A stretch of 64,000 nucleotides of DNA from an uncultured Clostridia bacterium (GCA_937891895.1 CALATN010000218.1:7081-71080); one strand, 5' to 3'. Shown: positions 35,667 to 45,440, counted from the stretch's first letter. Numbers and translations: made by a program. Notes: generated by a model from the sequence alone, not told the origin.

Positions 35667-36677
35667 ATGCCGGATATTCAGGAACTTACCCCCGTGCAGA
35701 AAGCGGCAGTGGTTATCACCTCTATAGGTGCAGAAAATGCTGCTCATGTTTATAAGCGCTTGAGCGATGATGAAGTTGAAAAGCTCACCTTCGAGGTTTC
35801 AAGCCTTCCATATATGGATATTGGTCAGGTCGACTCAGTTCTCAATGAATTCTATGAACTGTGTCTGACCCAGAAGGTTATCACAGAAGGCGGTATCGAC
35901 TACGCAAGATCTGTTCTGGAAAAGGCCTACGGCCCCGAAATGGCACAGAAGCTCATGGAGAAGGTTTCCAAATCCATGCAGACAAAGGCTTTCGAGTTTG
36001 TCAGAAAGTCCGACTACAAGAACCTTCTTGCTATCATCCAGAACGAGCATCCGCAGACAATCGCTCTCGTGCTCTCATACGTAAACTCCGAACAGGCTTC
36101 TGCTGTTCTTCAGGAGCTGCCGAGAGAAAAGCGTGTTGAGGTTGTTGAAAGAATTGCGAAGATGGAATCCGCTTCGCCTGAAACAGTCAAGGCAATCGAG
36201 TCCACTCTCGAAAGAAAGTTTGCGGCTGTTGTTTCTATGGATCTTACAGAAGTTGGCGGTATCAACTATGTTGCTGACGTACTCAACAAGGTTGACCGTG
36301 GTACAGAAAAATACATCTTCGACGAACTCTCCGCAAGAGATCCCGCTCTCGTGGAAGAAATCAAGAAGAAGATGTTCGTATTCGAGGATATCCTCTCTCT
36401 CGACTCTATGTCCATCCAGCGTTTCATCAGAGACGTGGAAACAAAGGATCTGGCTATTGCAATCAAGGGCTCCAACGCAGAAGTTGCTGCTACACTTTAT
36501 GCAAATATGCCGCAGAGAATGCAGGAATCCATTCAGCAGGAAATCGAGTACCTCCACAACGTGCGTATGCGTGACGTTGACGAGGCTCAGCAGAGAATTG
36601 TTGGTATCATCCGTCATCTTGAAGAAGAAGGCGAGCTGGTAATCGGCAAGGGCGGAGAGGACGAGATAATTGCTTAA
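35667..36677 (+). CDS. fliG: flagellar motor switch protein FliG
   Basis: LTPVQKAAVVITSIG, EHPQTIALVLSY, MFVFEDI, DVDEAQQRIV. Confidence 0.92.
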   Translation: MPDIQELTPVQKAAVVITSIGAENAAHVYKRLSDDEVEKLTFEVSSLPYMDIGQVDSVLNEFYELCLTQKVITEGGIDYARSVLEKAYGPEMAQKLMEKVSKSMQTKAFEFVRKSDYKNLLAIIQNEHPQTIALVLSYVNSEQASAVLQELPREKRVEVVERIAKMESASPETVKAIESTLERKFAAVVSMDLTEVGGINYVADVLNKVDRGTEKYIFDELSARDPALVEEIKKKMFVFEDILSLDSMSIQRFIRDVETKDLAIAIKGSNAEVAATLYANMPQRMQESIQQEIEYLHNVRMRDVDEAQQRIVGIIRHLEEEGELVIGKGGEDEIIA

Positions 36678-37539
36678 AATCGTTAGGAACATCGGCACAG
36701 CTTATGAAATGGGCGAGCCTGTTACCATTGACAATACGGTTTATATCCCTGTTGAAGATGATGAAACAGGCGAGGTGCTTTCCGAGGAGGAGCTTCGCAG
36801 ACGTGAGGAACAGGAGGCGGCTGAAAAGAAGGCTGCTGAGGAATACCGCATAAACGAGGAAGTTGCAAAGCGGTTAAGGGTTGCTCTTGCGGAAAGAAGT
36901 GCACAGCTTGAAAAGGAACGTGCCGAGATTATAGAGCAGGCTAAAAAAGAAGCCGCTGCTATTACCGCTGATACAAAAGCGGCGACTATGGCGGTTATGG
37001 AAAAAGCCCAGAACGAATGCGTAATTCTCAAGGAGCAGGCAAAAACAGAGGGCTATAATGAAGGTTACGCAAGCGGTCGTGAGGAGTCGCTGGAAAAATA
37101 CAAGAAGTACATCGACGCTTCAGGCAAGCTCCTTTCCGAGATAAATTCCAGAAAGGAAGCATACTATATTTCAAACGAGGACGAATTGCGGACTACGGTT
37201 TTTGAGATGGTAAAGAAAATCACAAGGGCTGAGCTTGAGGCAAACCCGAAGATTATCGAGGGTATTGTTGCTGAGGCGGCAAAGAATTTCCGTAATTCCG
37301 ACTATATGAAGATTACTCTTGCAGAGGACGGACTTACCGAAAGGTTCAGAACGGACGAAAAGCTTATCAAGGAGCTTATCCCGTTTGTTCCTGAGGTTGA
37401 AATCGAGTTTGATGACGAGGCCGAGGAGGGCACGATTATTCTGGACAACGGTTCGGAAATCGTGGACGCAGGCATTCCGACTCAGCTTGATTTCCTGAAG
37501 GAAATTCTCAACAACACAAGAGGCAAAACACAGGATTAA
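36670..37539 (+). CDS. fliH: flagellar assembly protein FliH
   Basis: Position between fliG and fliI. E/A/K-rich coiled-coil region followed by a conserved C-terminal domain. Start uncertain (TTG 36670 or ATG 36709). Confidence 0.65.
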   Translation: MLKIVRNIGTAYEMGEPVTIDNTVYIPVEDDETGEVLSEEELRRREEQEAAEKKAAEEYRINEEVAKRLRVALAERSAQLEKERAEIIEQAKKEAAAITADTKAATMAVMEKAQNECVILKEQAKTEGYNEGYASGREESLEKYKKYIDASGKLLSEINSRKEAYYISNEDELRTTVFEMVKKITRAELEANPKIIEGIVAEAAKNFRNSDYMKITLAEDGLTERFRTDEKLIKELIPFVPEVEIEFDDEAEEGTIILDNGSEIVDAGIPTQLDFLKEILNNTRGKTQD

Positions 37540-37557
37540 CACTATCGGAGCATTGAT

Positions 37558-38877
37558 ATGAATTTTACAGCAGTTCGGGACGCCGTCAAGCAGGCGGATT
37601 TGTTCAGATACAAGGGTAAAATTGAAAAGATTATCGGTATGACCATTGAGGCGTCGGGACCGACTGCGAATATAGGCGATGTGTGCAGAATTTACCGTAA
37701 GAATGAAAACGGCAAGGCTGATGCGTCCTATATTTACGGCGAGGTTGTAGGCTTCAACAACGGCAAGGTTATGCTTATGCCATACACCGATATTGAGGGT
37801 ATCGGCCCGGGGTCAATTGTTGACAACACGGGCAGACAGCTTCAGGTTGACGTGGGCAACGAGCTGGTGGGACGAATTATCAATGCGATTGGTGAGCCGA
37901 TTGATGGCGGACCTCCGATAAACACAACAGACAGATATTCCATTGCAGGTGAACCTGTTAACCCGCTGACAAGACCGAGAATTGATGACATTATTCCGTT
38001 CGGGGTAAAGGCAATTGACGGCTTGCTGACAATAGGCAGAGGTCAGCGTATGGGTATCTTTGCAGGCTCAGGTGTTGGTAAGTCAACGCTTCTGGGTATG
38101 ATTGCGAGAGAGGTTCAGGCAGATATAAATGTTATCGCTCTGGTCGGCGAGCGTGGACGAGAAGTTCTTGAGTTTATTGAGCGTGACCTTGGCGAAAAGG
38201 GTATGGCGCGTTCGGTGCTGGTTGTTGCAACATCTGACCAGCCTGCGATGATGCGCAACAAATGCCCTATGACAGCAACGGCTATTGCTGAGTACTTCAA
38301 GGACCAGGGCAAGAACGTCCTGCTGATGATGGACTCACTGACACGATACGCAATGGCACAGCGAGAAATCGGTCTTGCGGTTGGAGAGGCGCCTATCGCA
38401 AGAGGTTATACACCGTCAATCTACACGGCGATGCCGAAGCTGCTTGAAAGAGCGGGTAACTTTGAGCAGGGCTCAATCACAGGCATTTACACAGTGCTTG
38501 TTGAGGGTGACGATACAAACGAGCCTATCTCCGATACAGTGCGTGGTATCATCGACGGACACATTATTCTTTCCAGAAAGGTTGCGGCAAGAAACCATTA
38601 CCCCGCAATCGAAGTGCTGGAGTCGGTTTCTCGTCTTATGTCGGAAATTGCCGACAAGCCGCAGCGTGACGCAGCTTCAAAGATGCGTAATCTGCTGTCG
38701 GTTTATTATTCCAACTACGACCTTGTTTCAATCGGTGCTTACAAGAAGGGTACAAACCCAGCACTTGACGAGGCACTGAGAAAAATCGACAAAATCAACG
38801 CTTTCTTACAGCAGGCTACCGACGAAGCGTTCAGCTTTGAGGAAACTGTTGAGATGATGAAGGCTGCCGTAAAATAA
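37558..38877 (+). CDS. fliI: flagellum-specific ATP synthase FliI
   Basis: Walker A FAGSGVGKSTLLGM, Walker B LLMMDSLTR, SITGIYTVLVEGDD. Confidence 0.93.
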   Translation: MNFTAVRDAVKQADLFRYKGKIEKIIGMTIEASGPTANIGDVCRIYRKNENGKADASYIYGEVVGFNNGKVMLMPYTDIEGIGPGSIVDNTGRQLQVDVGNELVGRIINAIGEPIDGGPPINTTDRYSIAGEPVNPLTRPRIDDIIPFGVKAIDGLLTIGRGQRMGIFAGSGVGKSTLLGMIAREVQADINVIALVGERGREVLEFIERDLGEKGMARSVLVVATSDQPAMMRNKCPMTATAIAEYFKDQGKNVLLMMDSLTRYAMAQREIGLAVGEAPIARGYTPSIYTAMPKLLERAGNFEQGSITGIYTVLVEGDDTNEPISDTVRGIIDGHIILSRKVAARNHYPAIEVLESVSRLMSEIADKPQRDAASKMRNLLSVYYSNYDLVSIGAYKKGTNPALDEALRKIDKINAFLQQATDEAFSFEETVEMMKAAVK

Positions 38878-38912
38878 GAGGTTGAGATAAATTTGTTACG
38901 GAGGGTTAAACC

Positions 38913-39356
38913 TTGAAACGGTTTGAATTTTCCTTGAACAAGCTCAAGGGCTACAAGCAGCAGGTGCTGGACAGAGAAAAGAATGACCTTGCTCATTTAA
39001 GACGCCAGCAGCAGCAGTATATCGACGAGAAGAATGCTCTCGAGGAAAAGCTGAGGAAGTCCAATGAGGAGTTCTGTGTAAAATCCGCACAGGGTATGTC
39101 AATCCTTCAGGTTACAACCTTCAAGGGTTATCACCATTCCCTTTCCCAGCAAATAAAAGAGCTGGAGGCTTCCATTGAAAAAATGGAGGTAAGGGTGCAG
39201 AAGCAGCTTGGTGTTGTAATTGAGGCGACAAAAGAGGTTTCGTCCCTTGACAAGCTGGAGGAAAAACAGCTTGAGGAGTACAACTTCAAGGTTGCCAAGG
39301 CTGATGAGCAGTTCATTGCGGAGTACGTTCAGAACAGCACATATAAAAATGAATAA
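38913..39356 (+). CDS. fliJ: flagellar export chaperone FliJ
   Basis: TTG start after GGAGGG. 147-aa coiled-coil protein FEFSLNKLKGYKQQVLD..., positioned after fliI. Confidence 0.7.
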   Translation: MKRFEFSLNKLKGYKQQVLDREKNDLAHLRRQQQQYIDEKNALEEKLRKSNEEFCVKSAQGMSILQVTTFKGYHHSLSQQIKELEASIEKMEVRVQKQLGVVIEATKEVSSLDKLEEKQLEEYNFKVAKADEQFIAEYVQNSTYKNE

Positions 39357-39436
39357 TTTTAAATTGATTTAAGGGGCAAAGCGTAATGCTGAGCACTTTA
39401 AATATATACTATTATAATGAAGGGAGGTAAATACAA

Positions 39437-40789
39437 TTGAATACGGTTTTGTTTGATTTACAGGCGGCGGTTATGGCGGCTTCTGTAAGCAGCGGAAGCA
39501 GCAATGCTCTGACGGAAATTCCTGAGGACGGCAGCAGCTTTTCCGATGTACTTGCGGCGCAGAAGGAGCTTGTTACTGACAGTGCGGTTAATCAGGCGGC
39601 TGAAAACGGTGAGGTTGATGCGGCAATGCCCGAGGATGAGGCAGAGCAGGATTTCTCCGCAGTTCTCAATGCTATCGAAAATGCTGACGAGAATATGAAA
39701 AAGGCTATGCTTAAGCTTTTACAGACAGTTCTCAAGGCGTTCAGAGGTTCTGATGACGATAAGGAAAGGGCAACAGACCTGTTTGCACTTTTCTCCGACG
39801 GAAGCGCAGGTATGGCAGAGGACGAGGAAGATATGCTTCTCGGCTGTGAGCTTCTCAATCAGACAGGTATGATGATTGAAATGGAGCTTACTGAAGGCAA
39901 GGCGGCAGATGAAATCATTGCTGAGCTTGAAGACAGTATCGTGAAAATCCTCGGTGAGGATGCTGACGAAACAACAGCGGCAGAGCTTATGGCTTCGTTG
40001 CTTGGAGCACCTACAGGAATTGCTGACGGCAATGACCTTATGAGTGCGGCTGATGTTCTCAAGGCTGCAAAGCAGACTATCTGCGAAATCAACCCCGAAG
40101 ATGCTGAAAAGATGGAACAGCTTTTTGCTGACATCAAGGGCATTTCCTACGAAAAGACAGAGAATGTTCCCGATGTTTTCAGACTTAATTTTACAGCAGT
40201 CAAGATTAACAACGCAAGCAAGCAGGTTGCTGAAATAAGCACAGAGGATGAAATCAATCCTGAGCTTATGACAGATGTAAAGCCTGAGGTTATCACCGAC
40301 AAGCCCGTGATAACAGAAAAAACTGCGGAATCCGTTCAGATTCAGGTTACTGAGGTCATTACAGAAAAGCTTACAGCTATGAAGAGCAGCAACGGTGTTG
40401 AAGAGCTGACAATGATTCTCAAGCCGGAAAATCTTGGCGAGGTTGCTGTCAAGCTTATCAAGGAAAACGGTGCGGTTACAGTTCTTCTTACTGCACAGTA
40501 TGATGAGGTAGGCAAGGCAATGGCAGACCGTGCGGCAGCTCTTACCACAAGCCTTCAGAACCAGAACTACAACGTTAAGGAAGTTCTTGTTGTAGCGGCG
40601 GGCAATGCGGCTGAGCAGATGGGACTTGATTTCACAAATCAGGGATTCAACTTCGCACAGAACAGAGGCGAAAATCAGGGAGGCAGCACTAACAACCGCA
40701 GAATCGAAGAAATTGACGGAATTGAAGAAACAGAAGCCGTTACAGGCACAGCAAAACTCAAGGAGGCTAAATTATGGACGACAGCTTAA
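39437..40789 (+). CDS. fliK: flagellar hook-length control protein FliK
   Basis: TTG start after AGGGAGG. Acidic, A/E-rich N-terminal part and a Flg_hook-like C-terminal domain (LTMILKPENLGEVAVKLIKENGAVTVLLTAQ). Confidence 0.75.
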   Translation: MNTVLFDLQAAVMAASVSSGSSNALTEIPEDGSSFSDVLAAQKELVTDSAVNQAAENGEVDAAMPEDEAEQDFSAVLNAIENADENMKKAMLKLLQTVLKAFRGSDDDKERATDLFALFSDGSAGMAEDEEDMLLGCELLNQTGMMIEMELTEGKAADEIIAELEDSIVKILGEDADETTAAELMASLLGAPTGIADGNDLMSAADVLKAAKQTICEINPEDAEKMEQLFADIKGISYEKTENVPDVFRLNFTAVKINNASKQVAEISTEDEINPELMTDVKPEVITDKPVITEKTAESVQIQVTEVITEKLTAMKSSNGVEELTMILKPENLGEVAVKLIKENGAVTVLLTAQYDEVGKAMADRAAALTTSLQNQNYNVKEVLVVAAGNAAEQMGLDFTNQGFNFAQNRGENQGGSTNNRRIEEIDGIEETEAVTGTAKLKEAKLWTTA

Positions 40790-42321
40790 GATTATCCAAT
40801 GTCGGCGTTTACAGTAAGTATTCAAATACATATATTGATACAACTGCAGGCGACAATGATGAATCCAACAGCTACATGAACTTTGACAGCTATCTCAAGC
40901 TGCTTGTTTCACAGATGCAGAATCAGGATTTCAATGATCCGATGAAGGACTCCGAAGTTCTCAACCAGATGGCACAGTATTCTATGCTTGAAGGTATCAA
41001 GAATATGACCCAGCAGAACAATATCAGCTATTCCACTTCTCTTGTGGGCAAGGTTGTTACTGTAAGTGACGGTTATGATTACTACACAGGCAAGGTTGAA
41101 TCCGTTACTGTTACAAACGGTGAGCCGAAGCTTATGATTGATGGTAAGGGCTATGACTGCACGACAGTTTCCGACATTGTTTCCGATGATGTTTACAAAG
41201 ACCTTTACTCAATGGTAGGCAAGGACGTGAAGATCACTCTCACAGGCGAAACAGGCAAGGTTACTGATGTTATCTTCATGGGCGGTGAAAGCTACGTTGT
41301 TCTTAACGGCAAGGAAGCAGTTCCGCGGTCTACAGTTGAGATTGTTGAGGCAAAGGCTGAAGCAGGTACAGAGGAAAATGCTGAAGAAAATGTTACGGTT
41401 GTTACTGACGAAGTGAACGGCGACACAACTTCAGGCAAGGCAGAGGAAAACGTAATGACTGTAAGTGCATCTGCAGAAGCACAGGGTGCGGCAGTTAAAG
41501 CACAGAATGTTGTACAGAAATCTCAGTCCCTTATTGACGACTATATGAAGGAGCTTGACTCAATCGATGAGGCAAACGGTGTAAGCAAGGCGGCAGAGGT
41601 AACTGAAACTCAGGAAATTACTGACGAATATGTACTTCAGACAGCAGAGCTTAAGGTTCCCGATTATGCGGCAGGTATCTATGCTGACGGAGCAGTTCTT
41701 TCAGGAACAGTTACTCTCAAGGATGTTGATAACACCTACAGCAGCGGCAGAGTTACTTCCACAGCAAATCTTGATCCTGAAACAGCAGAAAGAACAGCTG
41801 ACGGCAAGCTCAAGGGTGTAACAACAGAGGCAGGCGTTTCCGAACCTGACTGTGTACCTCACAGAATTTCTGTTGAAAAATATCCTGAAGAAGCAGCACT
41901 TGCTGATGCACTCGGAACAAGAATGTATGATATCCGTTTCATTCACAACACAGCTATCACTTCAAGAATCAAGACTGATGAGATTATCGGTTATTCTTCA
42001 AGCGGAAAGCCTGTTACAGAGATCGGCTACAGCGGCGTTGGTCAGCTTGGCGAGGTTATTACATTCGCAGACGGAACACAGAGAGTTGAAATTCTTCTCA
42101 AGAACGGTCACTCCACTTGGATGACAACTTCAGGTAACCTTACTCTCGATGAAATCTGCACAAGAGAATTTGCACCGGGCAAGCTTACAGGTAAGCTTAC
42201 AGCGTTTGAAAGAGCAATCAGACATTATTCACGTCCGATGGAAAATTATGATAAGACAGCTCTCAGACAGTTCAACAATTACCTTGAATCACAGGGCATT
42301 ACAGTAGTAAATCCTGTTTAA
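40774..42321 (+). CDS. flgD: flagellar hook capping/assembly protein FlgD with long C-terminal extension
   Basis: FlgD N-terminal signature FDSYLKLLVSQMQNQDFNDPMKDSEVLNQMAQYSMLEGI. 515 aa in total. Confidence 0.8.
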   Translation: MDDSLRLSNVGVYSKYSNTYIDTTAGDNDESNSYMNFDSYLKLLVSQMQNQDFNDPMKDSEVLNQMAQYSMLEGIKNMTQQNNISYSTSLVGKVVTVSDGYDYYTGKVESVTVTNGEPKLMIDGKGYDCTTVSDIVSDDVYKDLYSMVGKDVKITLTGETGKVTDVIFMGGESYVVLNGKEAVPRSTVEIVEAKAEAGTEENAEENVTVVTDEVNGDTTSGKAEENVMTVSASAEAQGAAVKAQNVVQKSQSLIDDYMKELDSIDEANGVSKAAEVTETQEITDEYVLQTAELKVPDYAAGIYADGAVLSGTVTLKDVDNTYSSGRVTSTANLDPETAERTADGKLKGVTTEAGVSEPDCVPHRISVEKYPEEAALADALGTRMYDIRFIHNTAITSRIKTDEIIGYSSSGKPVTEIGYSGVGQLGEVITFADGTQRVEILLKNGHSTWMTTSGNLTLDEICTREFAPGKLTGKLTAFERAIRHYSRPMENYDKTALRQFNNYLESQGITVVNPV

Positions 42322-42340
42322 TGAAAGGAAATGGTGCCGA

Positions 42341-42760
42341 ATGTTAATCAGTGAATATCTTCAGCTGAGAAATGTATCGGTAACGACCGGCAAGGCGCAG
42401 GGGCTGCCACAGCTGCATCCGAACGGTGCGCAGACGGTTAACCCTCAGAACAGCGATTTTGCCAAGGAGCTGAAAAGCCAGCTCGAAGCTCTCAATCAGA
42501 GCAGCGGTGTGCAGTTTTCCAAGCACGCTATGGAACGAATACACGAGCGTAATATTGACCTCTCCGAGGACAATAAGCTGGACAGACTGAACAAAGCGGT
42601 TGAGCTTGCAGGCGAAAGAGGCTCGGCAGACGCACTTGTTATGATTGATACGACAGCATTTCTCGTAAGCGTAAAGAACAACAAGGTTATTACAACACTT
42701 TCTGCAGATGATATGCAGGGAAACATTTTTACAAATATTGACTCTACTGTAATAATGTAA
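42341..42760 (+). CDS. flagellar operon protein of unknown function (TIGR02530-like)
   Basis: Position between flgD and flgE, with FSKHAMERIHERNIDLSEDNKLDRLNKAVELA. Confidence 0.6.
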   Translation: MLISEYLQLRNVSVTTGKAQGLPQLHPNGAQTVNPQNSDFAKELKSQLEALNQSSGVQFSKHAMERIHERNIDLSEDNKLDRLNKAVELAGERGSADALVMIDTTAFLVSVKNNKVITTLSADDMQGNIFTNIDSTVIM

Positions 42761-42873
42761 AAATTCAAAAATCTTCGATTTTTGAACTCCAAGTTTTCTT
42801 CGAAAACTTTTAAAATTCAAAAGCTTTGCTTTTGAACCCCAAGAATAGCTTTTCTTCGAAAATCAATTCTTTT
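42760..42873 (+). repeat. two tandem copies of a 52-62 nt two-hairpin unit upstream of flgE
   Basis: Both copies read AAAATTCAAAA..TTTTGAAC(T/C)CCAAG..TTTTCTTCGAAAA. Copy 1 is 42760-42811 and copy 2 is 42812-42873. Confidence 0.85.
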
Positions 42874-42999
42874 ACCGATTTTAATTTGGCGTTGACTTAT
42901 TTATACGGTCGGACCGAAAGGAAACCGTTTCGTCCCGAACGATTGAAGGACGATGCTTCGGTCAGCGCACACTTAATTTAAAAAAGGAGTGCTTAACTT

Positions 43000-44049
43000 A
43001 TGGTTAGATCACTTTACTCAGGTGTATCGGGTCTTACGACACACCAGCAGAGAATGGACGTTATCGGTAATAACATCGCTAACGTTAATACATATGGCTT
43101 CAAGGCTTCAAGAGTTACCTTCCGTGATGTTTACTATCAGACATCAATCGGTGAAACAGCAGGTACTCACGCATTTGCGGGTAACAACCCATCCACAGTT
43201 GGTTATGGTGTACAGCTTGGCTCTATTGACAAGGATATGGAAATGTCATCCTTCCAGTCAACAAACAGAGTTCTTGATATAGCAATCAGCGGCAGCGGCT
43301 TCTTTATCACATCTCAGTTTGATGGTTCACTGCTTAATGCTGACCCTGACACAGGTATGCTTGCTGACCCATACAACATTCCTCCTAAGTCTACAACCTA
43401 TACAAGAATGGGTAATTTCTCAATCGACAGCAACGGTAACCTTGTTGCAGGTGCAAATACCTTTGTACTCGGTACTTGTAACTCTGACGAAGGTCTTGCT
43501 CTCGTAGGCGATGAAAGTGCTGCTATTCTTGATACGCTTAATATTGCTTCAGGCAGAAATACAGAAGGCGATAATGAGGAAGAAGGAGATGTATTCAGCT
43601 CCGACCTTACAGCTGCAAATATCATCAATATTGAAGAACTTATCAATCAGGCTTATGCTGAGGATCTGGAAGATACCGAAAAATGGCTTACATTCGCTGA
43701 CCTTGAAAACTTCAATATTGGTGTAGACGGCGTTATCACAGTTACATACAACAGTAAGATGAAGGCTATCGCAAGAATTGAACTTGCTACATTTGACAAC
43801 CAGGAAGGTCTTATTGAAGACGGTAATACTTCCTTCCTTGAAACAGCTGCTTCAGGTGTTGCAAAGATCAAGAAGCCCGGCGACTCAGGTGCAGGCTTTA
43901 CACAGTCCAACAAGCTGGAAATGTCCAACGTTAACCTCGCTCAGGAATTCTCTGATATGATCGTTACACAGAGAGGTTATCAGGCTAACGCAAGAATTAT
44001 CACAACTTCCGACTCCATGCTTGAAGAGCTTGTAAACCTCAAGAGATAA
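43000..44049 (+). CDS. flgE: flagellar hook protein FlgE
   Basis: MVRSLYSGVSGLTTHQQRMDVIGNNIANVNTYGFK, C-terminal MSNVNLAQEFSDMIVTQRGYQANARIITTSDSMLEELVNL. Position after flgD. Confidence 0.85.
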   Translation: MVRSLYSGVSGLTTHQQRMDVIGNNIANVNTYGFKASRVTFRDVYYQTSIGETAGTHAFAGNNPSTVGYGVQLGSIDKDMEMSSFQSTNRVLDIAISGSGFFITSQFDGSLLNADPDTGMLADPYNIPPKSTTYTRMGNFSIDSNGNLVAGANTFVLGTCNSDEGLALVGDESAAILDTLNIASGRNTEGDNEEEGDVFSSDLTAANIINIEELINQAYAEDLEDTEKWLTFADLENFNIGVDGVITVTYNSKMKAIARIELATFDNQEGLIEDGNTSFLETAASGVAKIKKPGDSGAGFTQSNKLEMSNVNLAQEFSDMIVTQRGYQANARIITTSDSMLEELVNLKR

Positions 44050-44053
44050 TAAA

Positions 44054-44331
44054 CTGAAAAGCATTTTATGCTTTTCAGCTCAGTGTTTTACTTTTATGAT
44101 TGTCATCATAAATTTTCATTTTTATAAAATAAAAATGAAAACCGTAAAACACAGACTCATGATTCTATAATACCGCTTTCGTGCAACAGTTGGCGCTGTT
44201 GAAAGCGGATACGGACTTATATTTACAGCGGTTAAAGCCGCAATCCCTTACGTTCCTCACGCTTTGGCGGGCGGAGGAACACCCCTCGGATTTCACGGTC
44301 TGCGGAACAGCAGGTTGTTCCGCAGAACCGT
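44054..44331 (+). other. dense RNA-structure block downstream of flgE (hairpin, three-way junction, three further hairpins)
   Basis: 44054-44078 (11 bp). 44083-44152 (outer GTGTTTTAC / GTAAAACAC enclosing two hairpins). 44173-44208. 44252-44280. 44295-44331 (15 bp with a bulge). Confidence 0.8.
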
Positions 44332-44386
44332 TGAATTTCTACAAAACGTATAAAATTAAACAAATATTACATAAAGGAGTTTGCTT

Positions 44387-44578
44387 ATGATTCAGCTTAC
44401 ACGAATTAACGGAACAGTTCTTCTCGTTAACGAACACTTCATCGAAATTGCAGAGGAAACTCCCGATACGGTTGTGACAATGCAGAACGGTCACAGATAT
44501 CTTGTAAAGGAAAGCGTTCAGGAAATTATTGACAAGTCTGCTGAATTCAGACGCGAAAGTTATCCTAACAATAAATAA
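44387..44578 (+). CDS. flbD: flagellar protein FlbD (SwrD-like)
   Basis: MIQLTRINGTVLLVNEHFIEIAEETPDTVVTMQNGHRYLVKES. RBS AAAGGAG. Confidence 0.8.
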   Translation: MIQLTRINGTVLLVNEHFIEIAEETPDTVVTMQNGHRYLVKESVQEIIDKSAEFRRESYPNNK

Positions 44579-44639
44579 GAAAATTACGGCTGAATGTTGT
44601 TCTGACATTGCCTAAAATAAATTTTGGAGGAAGTTTGTT

Positions 44640-45440
44640 ATGAATATTTCGGGTATTATCGGATTACTTCTTGCCATAGGGCTTGTAATCTGGGGAATTA
44701 TGACGGGCGGTGATATTGCTGGATTCTGGGATCCGCCGTCCGTTGCTATCGTTCTTGGCGGTACTATCGGCGCGGTAATCTTCAACTTTCCGCTGTCCGT
44801 TCTTACTAAAGTGCCGAAAATGCTTAAAATTGCATTTCTGCCAAAGAAATACGATCCTGATAAGTACATAGAGGAAATGGTTGACTACTGTAAAACAGCT
44901 CGTATGAAGGGTATTCTTGCTCTTGAAGAATCTGCAAATGCTTGTCCCGATCCATTTATGAAGGCTGCTCTTATGCTTATCGTTGACGCTAATGACTCCG
45001 ATAAGGTTCAGAGTATGCTTGATGACTCCATCAACTTCATCTGTGAGCGTCACGAAAATAACTATGCTCTCTGGTCAAAGGCTTCCGCTGTTGCTCCTGC
45101 TCTCGGTATGATCGGTACACTTATCGGTCTTATCAATATGCTTGCAGGTCTTGATCCGAGTGATCCTAACTCTGCTGCAACTCTCGGTCAGGGTATGTCT
45201 ACAGCCCTTGTAACTACATTCTATGGTTGTATTCTTGCCCACCTTATCTTCACACCAATCGGTAACCTTTGTAAATACAACCACAATCAGGAAGTTCTCT
45301 GTCTTCAGATTATCGAAGAAGGTACACTTGCTATCATCTCAGGCGCTAACCCACGTTACGTAGAAGAAAAGCTCCGTATGATGCTTCCGAGTACACACAA
45401 GCCTAAGAAAAACAACGGTCCTGCAAGTGAGGGTGAATAA
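44640..45440 (+). CDS. motA: flagellar stator protein MotA
   Basis: Four TM helices. MKGILALEE, GMIGTLIGLINML, ALVTTFYGCILAHLIFTPI. Confidence 0.88.
   Translation: MNISGIIGLLLAIGLVIWGIMTGGDIAGFWDPPSVAIVLGGTIGAVIFNFPLSVLTKVPKMLKIAFLPKKYDPDKYIEEMVDYCKTARMKGILALEESANACPDPFMKAALMLIVDANDSDKVQSMLDDSINFICERHENNYALWSKASAVAPALGMIGTLIGLINMLAGLDPSDPNSAATLGQGMSTALVTTFYGCILAHLIFTPIGNLCKYNHNQEVLCLQIIEEGTLAIISGANPRYVEEKLRMMLPSTHKPKKNNGPASEGE

Noticed and set aside
42870-42999. Sigma-54 (TGGCAC-N5-TTGC) or sigma-28 (TAAA-N15-GCCGATAA) promoter for flgE
   Set aside because: TTGGCGTTGACTTATT has the GG but no -12 GC element. TACCGATT lacks a TAAA at the required distance. No other GCCGATA-type -10 occurs in any flagellar spacer of the window.
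44181-44390. 69-aa ORF in the flgE-flbD spacer
   Set aside because: It has no RBS, it traverses four hairpins, and it overlaps the flbD RBS and start. The translation is not protein-like.
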